Shown here in pieces: positions 31,891 to 40,477 of a DNA stretch of 64,000 nucleotides. The stretch lies in assembly GCA_021825655.1 (NCBI GenBank), contig JAKAGU010000003.1, forward strand, positions 12,014-76,013, read 5' to 3'. The position numbers and the translations under genes are program-made. This DNA comes from a bacterium (GTDB lineage: Bacteria > Patescibacteriota > Doudnabacteria > UBA920). The notes beneath the pieces were generated by a model that made no database searches, was not told the origin of the DNA, and saw only the letters and a list, made by a program, of their open reading frames with translations. Numbering within the stretch: the stretch's first letter is position 1; every line of letters starts with the position of its first letter.

Positions 31891-32607
31891 TTATAAGTTT
31901 AATTGTTGCTTTAAATTTTCCAGTTGTATCCTGCGCATGGGCATGCCGTATTCCCGTTCCAATTTTAAGGCATTTTCTTCTGCGCGGGTAAAATATCGTT
32001 CCGACTCTGCTCTGTTATTTAAAATTGTGCTGGCTTCGGCCAAACGGGCCTGAATGCCGGAAAGGATGATTAATTTATGGAACGGCCTGAGCGCGCCGTC
32101 AGCTTCGGCTAAAGACAAAGCTTCAGACAGTTTTTTAAAAGCCTCTGGGTTTTGGCGCCATTTAAGTTCGGAGATAGCATAATGACTTAAAAATTCGGCG
32201 TATGCCCCGGAAACGGTTTTAGGCAGCGCTTCCAGCGCCTGTGCATACAGTGCTGTGGATTCCTGATATTTGCCTTCCATATAAAAAGTGTCAGCGTACC
32301 TGAGCAGCGCCGCGGCTTTGGGCGCGCCGGAGACCTGGAACTTGTCCGCCAGGGCCAGTGCGGAAAAAGCTTCGCTGCGCATCATAACCAGATAAATTTC
32401 CTGTCCCGTTTTTTGATACAGATGCTTAAAAATGTGCAGCTTGTGATTTAAGGCCTCCACCACCAAATCGGAACGCTTGGCTGCGGCCGCATCCACGCTG
32501 GCGCGGTCAATGACAGCCAGGGCCTCGGTCGTTCTGCCCTGCTCGGAAAGATTTTCAAAATCTTCAAACAAGCGACGGATTTCTTTTTCTTTTTCCGATT
32601 CGGCCAT
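31891..32607 (-). CDS. helical-repeat (TPR-like) hypothetical protein, apparently co-transcribed with thrS
   Basis: Ala/Leu/Glu-rich helical repeats; stop codon 4 nt before the thrS ATG. Confidence 0.75.
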   Translation of the reverse strand: MAESEKEKEIRRLFEDFENLSEQGRTTEALAVIDRASVDAAAAKRSDLVVEALNHKLHIFKHLYQKTGQEIYLVMMRSEAFSALALADKFQVSGAPKAAALLRYADTFYMEGKYQESTALYAQALEALPKTVSGAYAEFLSHYAISELKWRQNPEAFKKLSEALSLAEADGALRPFHKLIILSGIQARLAEASTILNNRAESERYFTRAEENALKLEREYGMPMRRIQLENLKQQLNL

Positions 32608-32608
32608 A

Positions 32609-32638
32609 TTGTGCTAGATGGTTAATGTCTGCTATGCT
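32609..32638 (+). promoter_or_regulatory. sigma70-type promoter for the + strand ncRNA
   Basis: TTGTGC-N18-TATGCT with extended -10 TG; predicted TSS about 32644-32645. Confidence 0.55.
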
Positions 32639-32643
32639 GTTTA

Positions 32644-32788
32644 GTCTTTGTCAGGAGGAAGTCATGTAAAACCCCGCCCCAAAACCGGTCAGGTGACGCC
32701 CATAAATATAAGGGCTACAAACTGCTAACCTCGCGGCTGGCTACACTGCTTCCTTCTGACAAAGATTTCCAAATCTTTGTCTTTTTTT
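32644..32788 (+). ncRNA. structured rod-like small RNA, candidate minimal 6S RNA
   Basis: A ~19-bp closing helix (32643-32661 with 32749-32767), internal loops and an apical GCCC/GGGC hairpin flanked by GGUGAC...UACAAACUG. It has its own promoter and a hairpin+U7 terminator. Family identity is uncertain. Confidence 0.5.
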
Positions 32789-32792
32789 GCAA

Positions 32793-32997
32793 ATAACAAA
32801 ACCCCAGGGCAGGATTACCTTAAAATAGATAACCCAACCCTGGGGTCTTGGCTTAGGAACCAAAGACGTTTCCGTCCCAGTTCTCTCCCGCTTACGCAGG
32901 AGACTTTTCATCCAGACAGTCTCTAGAACCGGCCTGGATTATTGATTGACTTGTTCCAAACTCACCGGTTGGTTGCCGGATCTTCGTTTGAAGAACT
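32793..32997 (-). promoter_or_regulatory. T-box riboswitch (Thr, ACC specifier) with ultra-short Stem I and transcriptional terminator, upstream of the thrS operon
   Basis: Stem I CAAAC-GAAGAU-CCGG-CAACCAA-CCGG-UGA-GUUUG; stem III UCUCCUGC-GUAA-GCGGGAGA; T-box AA-CUGGGA-CGGAAAC-GUC. The antiterminator overlaps the terminator ACCCCAGGG/CCCUGGGGU-UUU. Confidence 0.78.
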
Positions 32998-33003
32998 GTA
33001 AAA

Positions 33004-33032
33004 AGTATAACAAAAGCTATAAATTGGCGCAA
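33004..33032 (-). promoter_or_regulatory. sigma70 promoter driving the T-box leader
   Basis: TTGCGC-N17-TATACT with extended -10 TG on the minus strand; TSS about 32997. Confidence 0.7.
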
Positions 33033-33074
33033 CACCAGTTGTCCACAAACTACAAAGGCTTATTTATGCGGAAT

Positions 33075-36000
33075 TTATTGTACATCAATCTTACCAATTT
33101 CGGCAACTGCTTTTAACTCTGCCAGTAAATCACCGCCAATTGTCACCTGGGTCTGGGTTTTCATTTTCTTGGCATTGGGCCCGATGCCAATGGACAAATA
33201 AACCTGGGCATTGCCGGGATGTTTTTTTAAGATGCTTTTAATTTCATTTAGCACCTCGGGCGCTGCCAGGCGGGGCATGTGCAGAATTACCTGCTTGTTT
33301 TTTTCTGTTTCCGACAAAGCCATTTGGTAGAGGTCGTCGTTTGGCAATTGGGTCAGCTCATCCGCAATCAGCTTAAATTCCTCATCCTTGTCCGACAGCC
33401 GCCCCCTTACCTGGACAATCTTGTCGTTTTCCAAAAGGCTGAGCGCGTTCTCCATGGCCTTGGGGAACACTAGCACCTCAATGCTGCCGGTGGCGTCTTC
33501 CAGCGTAAAGAAAGCCATGGGATCCTGCTTTTTGGTCAGGGTGCGCTTAAGCCGGGAGACAATGCCGCCCATTACCTGGTTGGTGCCCAGCTCTTCGGGA
33601 GTCAAATCTTTAACGGCTTTCAGGTTAGAAAGCACTTTGCGGTAGCTTTCCAAAGGATGGGCGGACACATACATGCCCAAATGCTCTTTTTCCCAAAGCA
33701 TTTTTTCCTCTTTGGCTGCCGGCGGCACTTCGCGCAGTTTCAAACGGCCCACCTGCATGCTTTTGCCGAACAGCGCGCCCTGGCCCGCAGCTTCCGCCCG
33801 GAAATGCTGGCGCACAAAATCCAAAACTTCTTCCGTATTGGCCAATAATGCCCCGCGTTCGCCGAATGCGTCCAAAGCGCCCGCCTTGCACAAGGCTTCC
33901 CAGGATTTCTTGTTCAAATTTTTGGTGTAGGCGCGGATTAGAAAATCTTCCAGGGAAGTGTATGGGCCGCGGGCTTTCCTTTCTTCGATTGTCCGCTCAA
34001 TCACATCGCTGCCCAGATTCTTTATGGCATTCATGCCGAAACGGATGTTTTTCTCATCCACCACGGTAAAACCGCTGCGCGACTGGTTAATGTCAGGCGG
34101 CAGGACTTTAATCCCCATATTGGCGCATTCCTCCACAGCAGCGTAAATTTTGTCTTCATCGCCGGCTTCGGCGGTCATAAGCGCGGCCATAAATTCCACC
34201 GGATAATTGGCCTTCATGTACGCTGTCTGGTATGACACCATGGAGTAGGAAGCGGAGTGCGACTTGTTAAAACCGTAAGCGGCAAAGGGCTCGATCCAGG
34301 CCCAAATCTCGCTGGCTTTTTCAAAACTCCAGCCAGAAGTTTTCTGGCAACCCTGGATAAACTTGATTTTTTGCTTGGCCATCTCCTCCGGAATCTTTTT
34401 GCCCACGGCCTTGCGGAATTTATCCACCTCTTCCCAGGTGTAGCCGGCCAAATCGTGTGCAATGGTTAAGAGGTCGTCCTGGTAAACCAGCACGCCGTAT
34501 GTCCTCTGCAAAATTTTCTCCAGAGCGGGATCCAGGTAGCTAATCAGTTTGGCATTGTGCTTGCGCGCAATATAATCCGGAATAAATTGCATGGGCCCCG
34601 GGCGGTACAGAGCAATCATGGCCATGACGTCGAAAATGGAACTGGGCTTTAATTCCCGCAAGTACCGCGTCATGCCGCTGCTGCCCATCTGGAAGACGCC
34701 GAAAGTCAGGCCCGCTGAAAGCAGCTCAAAGGTTTTCGGGTCAGGGTGGGGGAGGTTGTAGATGTCAATTTTGGCGTTGTGGCGTTTTTCGGCAATCTTC
34801 ACCGCCGCTTCCAAAATGGACAGGTTGCGGATTCCCAGCAAGTCGAGCTTAACCACGCCAATGGCTTTGCCGTTGGCATTCACGTCCAGCGCGTACATGT
34901 CGTACTGGGTAATAACGCGCTCGCCGTCGGGCTCCTTTTGCAGCGGCATGTAATCGGTCAGTTCGGTCGGGGTTATGACGATGCCCGCGGCGTGCACGGA
35001 GGCATGGCGAGCGCCGCCTTCCAATTTTTTAGCGATATCCAAAACCCGCTTGGTTTCCGGATCGCGGTCGTAAACTTCTTTTAGCTCCGGGCTGATATCC
35101 AGCGCCTTGTCCAAAGTCATGTGAAAACCCTGTTTGCCGATGGGGATCATTTTGGCAATGCGGTCGCACTTGGAATAGGGCACGCCTAAAGCCCGTCCTA
35201 CGTCGCGCACGGCCGCCCGGGCCATCATAGTCCCGAAAGTGATAATCTGCGCCACCTTATCCTTGCCATAGTGCTCGGTAATGTAAGCAATGGCCTCGTC
35301 GCGCCGGTTGTCCGCAATATCCAAATCAATATCCGGCGGCGTAGGCCGGTGCATGGTCAAAAAACGCTCGAAAGGCAGTTCGTAATACAGCGGATCCACG
35401 TTGGTAATGCCTAAAATCCGCCCCACAATACTGCCCGCTGCCGAACCCCTGGTATTGGTAATAGCACCAATCTTATGCGCCCCCTGCACCACATCGGCCA
35501 CCATCAAAAAATAGGTGTCAAAGCCTTTTTTACAAATAATGTTCAACTCATATTCAATGCGCTGCCGGATAGCTTCCGGCACTTCCCCGTTTTCGCCGTA
35601 AAGGGGCACGGCTTTTTCATATACGGTCTGCTTCAGATACTCTTCGGAGCTTATGCCTTCGGGCAGCCGGACTTTGGGGAAATAGCGCTGGTTAATGTCA
35701 ATCTCCAGTACGCAAGCATCCGCAATTTTTTGGGTGTTGTCCACGGCCTCGGGCAAATCGGCGAACAACTCCATCATTTGTTCCGGGCTCTTTATGGACA
35801 AGTCATAACCGCGCATATCCAGCCGCCCCTCGTCGTTGATTGTTTGGGCCGTACCGATGCACACCAGTACGTCCTGTGCCTCGCTGTCCTCCGGGTAAAC
35901 ATAATGACTGTCCGACGTGGCCACAATATCCAGCGCATTTTTTCTGGCCAAAGCAACCAGGCGGCGGTTAAGCTCTTCCTCGCGTTCGTCTTTTTGCCGG

Positions 36001-36533
36001 CTGTTGCGCTGCAGCTCGATAAAAAAATTGCTTGGTCCGAAAATATCCAGGTACTTCTCCAAAACCTTTTGCGCTTCCGCCTCGCTTCTGTTCATAACCG
36101 CGCGGGCCACTTCGCCGCGCTGGCAGCCGGACAGGGCAATCAGCCCTGCTGCGTGCTGCTTTAAAACGTCCAAGTCTATTCGGGGCTTGTAGTAAAAACC
36201 TTCCAAATGGGCAATAGTGGTCAGCTTCATCAGGTTGCTGTAACCGCTGCGGTCCTTGGCCAGAAGGGTCAGGTGGAAATAGTCGCTGTCAACTTTTCCC
36301 TCCTTATCGGAGAGCTTCCTGGGAGCCACATAGGCTTCCAGCCCGATAATCGGCTTAATACCTTCTTCGCGGCAACGGTTATAAAACTCAATGGCGCCGT
36401 ACATGGCGCCATGGTCAGTTACGGCCAGGGAGGTCATCCCCAGCTCTTTTACCCTCGAAATAAGGGGATCCAGCTTGGAAAGTCCGTCGAGCAGGGAAAA
36501 ATGGGTATGGCAGTGCAAATGGGTAAAACGCAT
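33075..36533 (-). CDS. dnaE: DNA polymerase III alpha subunit
   Basis: HLHCHTHFSLLDG (PHP), RGSAAGS, PDIDLD, KLDLLG, YGFNKSHS and a C-terminal OB fold; no intein. Confidence 0.97.
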   Translation of the reverse strand: MRFTHLHCHTHFSLLDGLSKLDPLISRVKELGMTSLAVTDHGAMYGAIEFYNRCREEGIKPIIGLEAYVAPRKLSDKEGKVDSDYFHLTLLAKDRSGYSNLMKLTTIAHLEGFYYKPRIDLDVLKQHAAGLIALSGCQRGEVARAVMNRSEAEAQKVLEKYLDIFGPSNFFIELQRNSRQKDEREEELNRRLVALARKNALDIVATSDSHYVYPEDSEAQDVLVCIGTAQTINDEGRLDMRGYDLSIKSPEQMMELFADLPEAVDNTQKIADACVLEIDINQRYFPKVRLPEGISSEEYLKQTVYEKAVPLYGENGEVPEAIRQRIEYELNIICKKGFDTYFLMVADVVQGAHKIGAITNTRGSAAGSIVGRILGITNVDPLYYELPFERFLTMHRPTPPDIDLDIADNRRDEAIAYITEHYGKDKVAQIITFGTMMARAAVRDVGRALGVPYSKCDRIAKMIPIGKQGFHMTLDKALDISPELKEVYDRDPETKRVLDIAKKLEGGARHASVHAAGIVITPTELTDYMPLQKEPDGERVITQYDMYALDVNANGKAIGVVKLDLLGIRNLSILEAAVKIAEKRHNAKIDIYNLPHPDPKTFELLSAGLTFGVFQMGSSGMTRYLRELKPSSIFDVMAMIALYRPGPMQFIPDYIARKHNAKLISYLDPALEKILQRTYGVLVYQDDLLTIAHDLAGYTWEEVDKFRKAVGKKIPEEMAKQKIKFIQGCQKTSGWSFEKASEIWAWIEPFAAYGFNKSHSASYSMVSYQTAYMKANYPVEFMAALMTAEAGDEDKIYAAVEECANMGIKVLPPDINQSRSGFTVVDEKNIRFGMNAIKNLGSDVIERTIEERKARGPYTSLEDFLIRAYTKNLNKKSWEALCKAGALDAFGERGALLANTEEVLDFVRQHFRAEAAGQGALFGKSMQVGRLKLREVPPAAKEEKMLWEKEHLGMYVSAHPLESYRKVLSNLKAVKDLTPEELGTNQVMGGIVSRLKRTLTKKQDPMAFFTLEDATGSIEVLVFPKAMENALSLLENDKIVQVRGRLSDKDEEFKLIADELTQLPNDDLYQMALSETEKNKQVILHMPRLAAPEVLNEIKSILKKHPGNAQVYLSIGIGPNAKKMKTQTQVTIGGDLLAELKAVAEIGKIDVQ

Positions 36534-36608
36534 GCTTATAGATTATCAAAAAGCGGGGGATTTTGCTATAATTTTATTAAGCTAAATTTTAAAAACCAAA
36601 CCACTTTT

Positions 36609-37496
36609 GTGTCACTATTCAAAGAGAAAGTCGAGATTGGCATCCAGGAAGCCGAACTCGGCGTAATGAAAGGCCTGGTCAAATTCCCGCCCGTACTCCG
36701 CTGGGCTTTGATTATCGGCGTTCTGGCCATCATTCCCTCGTATTACATTTCGCGCCAAATAGCATACCAGTTATGGCGGCAGCGCGATTTGCAATATGCT
36801 CTGGTACCCACGCCCAGCTTCAGCTCTTCTCTGCCCATACGGACAAAAAACACCTGGCTGCTCCAGACCGGCCCGAACCAATACACAAGCGTGGCCGAAG
36901 TAATAAACGACAACCTGGACCTTTCTACCAACGTGGCGGCTTATGAATTTAAATTCTACGGCCCAAACCAAAATCTGATTGTTCCGGACAGCGGCCAAGT
37001 CTCCGGCAAAACCTACTTTTTACCCAACCAGTCCAAATACCTGCTTGCCACCAGAATCACCAGCAAACAGCCAATTACCCGGATGGAAGTGGTCTTTGGC
37101 AGCGACATTGTTTGGCGGAAAAAACTCTCTCTGCCCGCAATCCAACTCAATGTGACCGGCGTTAAATTCTCGCAGCAGGCCTCGCCGCCGGCTTTCGCGG
37201 TGGACGGCCTGGTGGAGAACACCAGCAGCTATGAAATCGGCCAAGTCCGCCTGGTCTTCCTGGTATTCGGCTTCAACCGCCAGCTGCTGGCGGCCAGCGA
37301 AAGAAACGAATTCACCCTGGCCAGCGGTGAAAACCGCGCATACAAACAGCTGTGGCCTGACCAGACTTTTCCCAATGCCGTTTCCGTGCAGGTCCTGGCG
37401 GACACCAACACCCTGGACCAGGGCAACCTGAGGCTGAGCACCAGTCCGCCCGGGTCGGGCTCAGACTTAAGCCGCCCGCAGCAAAACCAAAACTAG
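36609..37496 (+). CDS. membrane-anchored protein with two FxLYD-type Ig-like domains
   Basis: GTG start at 36609 (the longer ORF overlaps dnaE); one TM; YEFKFYGPNQNLI and VFLVFGFNRQLL...TLASGENR segments. Confidence 0.65.
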   Translation: MSLFKEKVEIGIQEAELGVMKGLVKFPPVLRWALIIGVLAIIPSYYISRQIAYQLWRQRDLQYALVPTPSFSSSLPIRTKNTWLLQTGPNQYTSVAEVINDNLDLSTNVAAYEFKFYGPNQNLIVPDSGQVSGKTYFLPNQSKYLLATRITSKQPITRMEVVFGSDIVWRKKLSLPAIQLNVTGVKFSQQASPPAFAVDGLVENTSSYEIGQVRLVFLVFGFNRQLLAASERNEFTLASGENRAYKQLWPDQTFPNAVSVQVLADTNTLDQGNLRLSTSPPGSGSDLSRPQQNQN

Positions 37497-37511
37497 CCAT
37501 AAACCCAACGG

Positions 37512-38612
37512 ATGTTTAACTTTTTAAAAAAATTCGTTTATTTTGATTTGCCCCTGAAGGTTGCGGTCATCCTCCTCTGCCTGGCAGGCATGACGGTTTT
37601 ATACAGCACCTCGCTATCTAACGACAGCCTGACGGCTTTCTGGCGGCAGCTGCTGTTTTTGGGCGTAGGTTTCGTACTCTATCTGTTCTTTAGTTACTTT
37701 GACTACCACTCTCTGGCCAAGGCCAACCGGATTACCTATGTCATATTTTTTATCCTGCTGATTTATTTGCTTTTTTTCGGCCAGAACATCCGCGGCGGAC
37801 GGCGCTGGCTGCACTTAGGGTTTTTCAGTTTGCAAGTGGCGGAGTTCGTCAAAATTGTAATCATCTTGGGTTTGGCGCAGCTGCTTTACATCAAACGGGG
37901 CGAGATTAATTCCTGGAAAATTCTCGGCTGGTCTTTAGCATACGCGGCCCTGCCAGCGGCGCTGGTTATTCTGGAGCCGGACCTGGGGTCCGCCCTGGTC
38001 ATCTTGGCTTTATGGCTGGGGATAATTATGGTCAGCCCAATAAAAAAGAAATACTTACTGGCGATTTTTCTGGCTTTAGTTTTGGTTTCAGGGGTTACCT
38101 GGAAATTTTTTCTCAAAGACTTTCAGCGCGACAGGATTCTGGTTTTCGTTGACCCGCAGCTGGACCCCAAGGGCAAGGGATATAACGTGAGGCAGGCAAC
38201 CATTGCGGTGGGCAGCGGCCAGATTTGGGGCAGGGGGTTGGCCAAGGGCCTGCAGACCCAAAACCGTTTTTTGCCCGAAAGGCAAACCGATTTTATTTTT
38301 GCGGCCACGGGCGAGGAGTTCGGTTTTTTGGGCACCGGCGTTATCTTGCTGCTTTTCTTCCTGATTTTTGTCCGCCTGCTTAATACCATGAAAAGCGCCA
38401 AAGACGATTTGGGTATGTACATAGCCGCAGGCGTATTTTTTTTACTGCTTCTTCACGTCACCGTAAACATCGGCATGAATATAGGCATTCTTCCCGTGAC
38501 CGGCATCCCGCTGCCCTTTTTCAGCTCGGGCGGCAGCTCTTTGATTGCCACCCTGGCAGCCCTGGGTATTATCCAGAACATCAATTTGCAGTCAAAAATG
38601 TTGAGGTTTTAA
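37512..38612 (+). CDS. rodA: SEDS peptidoglycan glycosyltransferase RodA (FtsW/RodA family)
   Basis: GGRRWL, Q.AEFVK, EPDLGS, DP.GKGYN..QA, LPE.QTDFIF, TGIPLPF.S.GGSS. Confidence 0.9.
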   Translation: MFNFLKKFVYFDLPLKVAVILLCLAGMTVLYSTSLSNDSLTAFWRQLLFLGVGFVLYLFFSYFDYHSLAKANRITYVIFFILLIYLLFFGQNIRGGRRWLHLGFFSLQVAEFVKIVIILGLAQLLYIKRGEINSWKILGWSLAYAALPAALVILEPDLGSALVILALWLGIIMVSPIKKKYLLAIFLALVLVSGVTWKFFLKDFQRDRILVFVDPQLDPKGKGYNVRQATIAVGSGQIWGRGLAKGLQTQNRFLPERQTDFIFAATGEEFGFLGTGVILLLFFLIFVRLLNTMKSAKDDLGMYIAAGVFFLLLLHVTVNIGMNIGILPVTGIPLPFFSSGGSSLIATLAALGIIQNINLQSKMLRF

Positions 38613-38637
38613 TCCAAAACTGGTAAACTACAGCTAT

Positions 38638-39003
38638 ATGCAACCGTTTGATTTCAAAAAAGTAATTGAGTGGCTGGGCCAGTTCCTTAAATGCCCGGTC
38701 TGCGGCCAAAAATACAATCTGGACCAGACCAGGATTATAGACAGCCGCCAGAGCGAGGCCTTCGGGGAAGCCACTATCCTTATCCATTCCGACTGCAATA
38801 AATGCAAGAGTTCGGTCATGTTTAATATTGAAGTCAAAGGTCCTGAAGTGTTCAGCGTAGGCATGGTCACGGACCTGACCAGGCACGACAGCTCCCGCTT
38901 TAAAAACCAGGGACCGATTAGCGTCGACGAAGTCATAGAAATCCACAAAAATATCAAGGGCTTTAAAGGCGATTTAATTAAAGCTCTGGGACAAAAACAA
39001 TAG
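38638..39003 (+). CDS. small Zn-ribbon hypothetical protein
   Basis: CPVC...HSDCNKC, TDLT and IS.DEVIE.H motifs. Confidence 0.75.
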   Translation: MQPFDFKKVIEWLGQFLKCPVCGQKYNLDQTRIIDSRQSEAFGEATILIHSDCNKCKSSVMFNIEVKGPEVFSVGMVTDLTRHDSSRFKNQGPISVDEVIEIHKNIKGFKGDLIKALGQKQ

Positions 39004-39128
39004 CATTGCCTCAACTTTAAACGGAAACCTCTCAGGCTTCCGTTTTTTTGCGCCCTTGAAACTTTTGTTTAAAGCGTGTAAGATGAAAAGTCGCTTCGGC
39101 GATAATCCATGTCCGTAAAGGGGAGGAA

Positions 39129-39608
39129 ATGAATCAGAAAAGAGAAAAACTCTGGTGGTTTTACTGGCTGCCAAACATGCTGAAGTACATAGTCTGGCCC
39201 AGCATTGAGTTCGTCTGGCACGGGTTCGTCTATGTGCGCTATGCTGTTTATTTCATCACCGGCTTCCTGAGCGCTCCGGCTATCCGGCTCGTTTGGAACT
39301 GGGCATGCCCCAGCAGCCCCATCGGCGCACCACAAGCTATGGCCGCGGTATTCGCCGCCTTGGGGCTGGCCATCTTCCTGACCAAAACCCAGCCGGGCAA
39401 TGACCTGCTGGGCGCGCTTGCGGCCCTGGCCATCATCGCTGGCTGTTTCTGCTGGCTGCTGCTCGCAGCCCTGCCCGCACTCGTGCTTTACGCCTACGGC
39501 CGCCTGCGCCAAGCAGGCAGCCCCGGCAAAACCGCATACGCATTCTATCTCGGTCCGATTGAATGGGCTGACAGGAGGTTTTTTCTCTCACACCGGACGG
39601 GGAACTGA
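39129..39608 (+). CDS. hypothetical membrane protein (stand-alone GC-rich cassette)
   Basis: TTGAAA-N17-TAAGAT promoter, GGGGAGG SD, hydrophobic ORF and a hairpin at the stop codon. Confidence 0.7.
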   Translation: MNQKREKLWWFYWLPNMLKYIVWPSIEFVWHGFVYVRYAVYFITGFLSAPAIRLVWNWACPSSPIGAPQAMAAVFAALGLAIFLTKTQPGNDLLGALAALAIIAGCFCWLLLAALPALVLYAYGRLRQAGSPGKTAYAFYLGPIEWADRRFFLSHRTGN

Positions 39609-39760
39609 GCAGTTCCCCGTTTCGCATTTAGGCTTATGGCAAGGCTTGATTTATTTACAAACTTCTGGTATAATTTTTTAGTCAATTTTAACCCGTTTTC
39701 CAATGGCTGCCGGCTGGAAACCCAGCAGGGCGGAAGTAGGGGAAGGGAATAAGGAATTTT

Positions 39761-40435
39761 ATGGAAAAGTTGGAGCTTAAAGCCCAAGCCCGGACAGAAA
39801 CCGGCAAACAGATCAGCAAGCTGAGAAACCAGGGTCTTATACCCGCGGTCCTCTACGGCAAGAAAATCCAGAACGTCAATTTGGCAGTGAATGCCGGCGA
39901 TTTTGAAAAACTGCTGAAAAAGGCCGGGGAAAGCACGATTGTGGAACTGGTAACCGATGATAACAAAAAACATTCGGTCATTATCCACGATGTGCAATAC
40001 CACTTTTTAAAGTCGCATCCCATTCATGTAGATTTCTTCGAGGTGAGCATGACTGAAAAACTTAAGGCCTCCATTGTGCTTGAGTACAAAGGCGAATCCA
40101 AAGCCGTTAAAACTTTGGGCGGCGTACTGATGAAGCTCTTGAACAATGTGGAAGTCGAGTGTCTGCCCAGTGACTTGCCCCACAGCATTGAAGTGGATAT
40201 TTCCCACCTCGATACTTTTGAGAATTCCGTTCACATCAAAGACCTCAAAGTTTCCCCCAAAGTAAAGATCCTCAATCCCGCGGAAGAGACCGTGGCCAAG
40301 GTCCAGCCCCCGCGCAGCGTGGAAGCTGAATTGACCAGCACTGTTTCCGAAGCCGACAAGGTGGCGGAAGTGATTGCCGCTTCAACCCAGAAGAAAGAAG
40401 AAACCGAAGACGGCGCAGGAGAGGCCAAAAAATAG
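39761..40435 (+). CDS. rplY: 50S ribosomal protein L25 (Ctc long form)
   Basis: LRNQGLIPAVLYG, HVDF, GG.L, LP..IEVDIS. Confidence 0.95.
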   Translation: MEKLELKAQARTETGKQISKLRNQGLIPAVLYGKKIQNVNLAVNAGDFEKLLKKAGESTIVELVTDDNKKHSVIIHDVQYHFLKSHPIHVDFFEVSMTEKLKASIVLEYKGESKAVKTLGGVLMKLLNNVEVECLPSDLPHSIEVDISHLDTFENSVHIKDLKVSPKVKILNPAEETVAKVQPPRSVEAELTSTVSEADKVAEVIAASTQKKEETEDGAGEAKK

Positions 40436-40477
40436 TTTTTTTGTAAACCCCTCCTTTAAAAGAGGGGTTTTAAAATA

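Noticed and set aside
32644-32788. SRP (4.5S) RNA or RNase P identity for the ncRNA
   Set aside because: GGUCAGGU and GAAGGAAGCAG lie on opposite strands and do not form the SRP domain IV hairpin. GAGGAAGUC lacks the rest of the RNase P P4 elements, and the RNA is too short.
32860-32920. Hammerhead ribozyme, or glycine or c-di-GMP riboswitch, in the minus-strand leader
   Set aside because: Only fragmentary matches (CUGGAUGA, GCGGGAGAG, GGGACG) without the required cores; the T-box model explains the elements together.
36207-36608. N-terminal extension of the 429-aa ORF
   Set aside because: It overlaps dnaE antisense; a promoter-like TATAAT and the GTG at 36609 give the plausible start.
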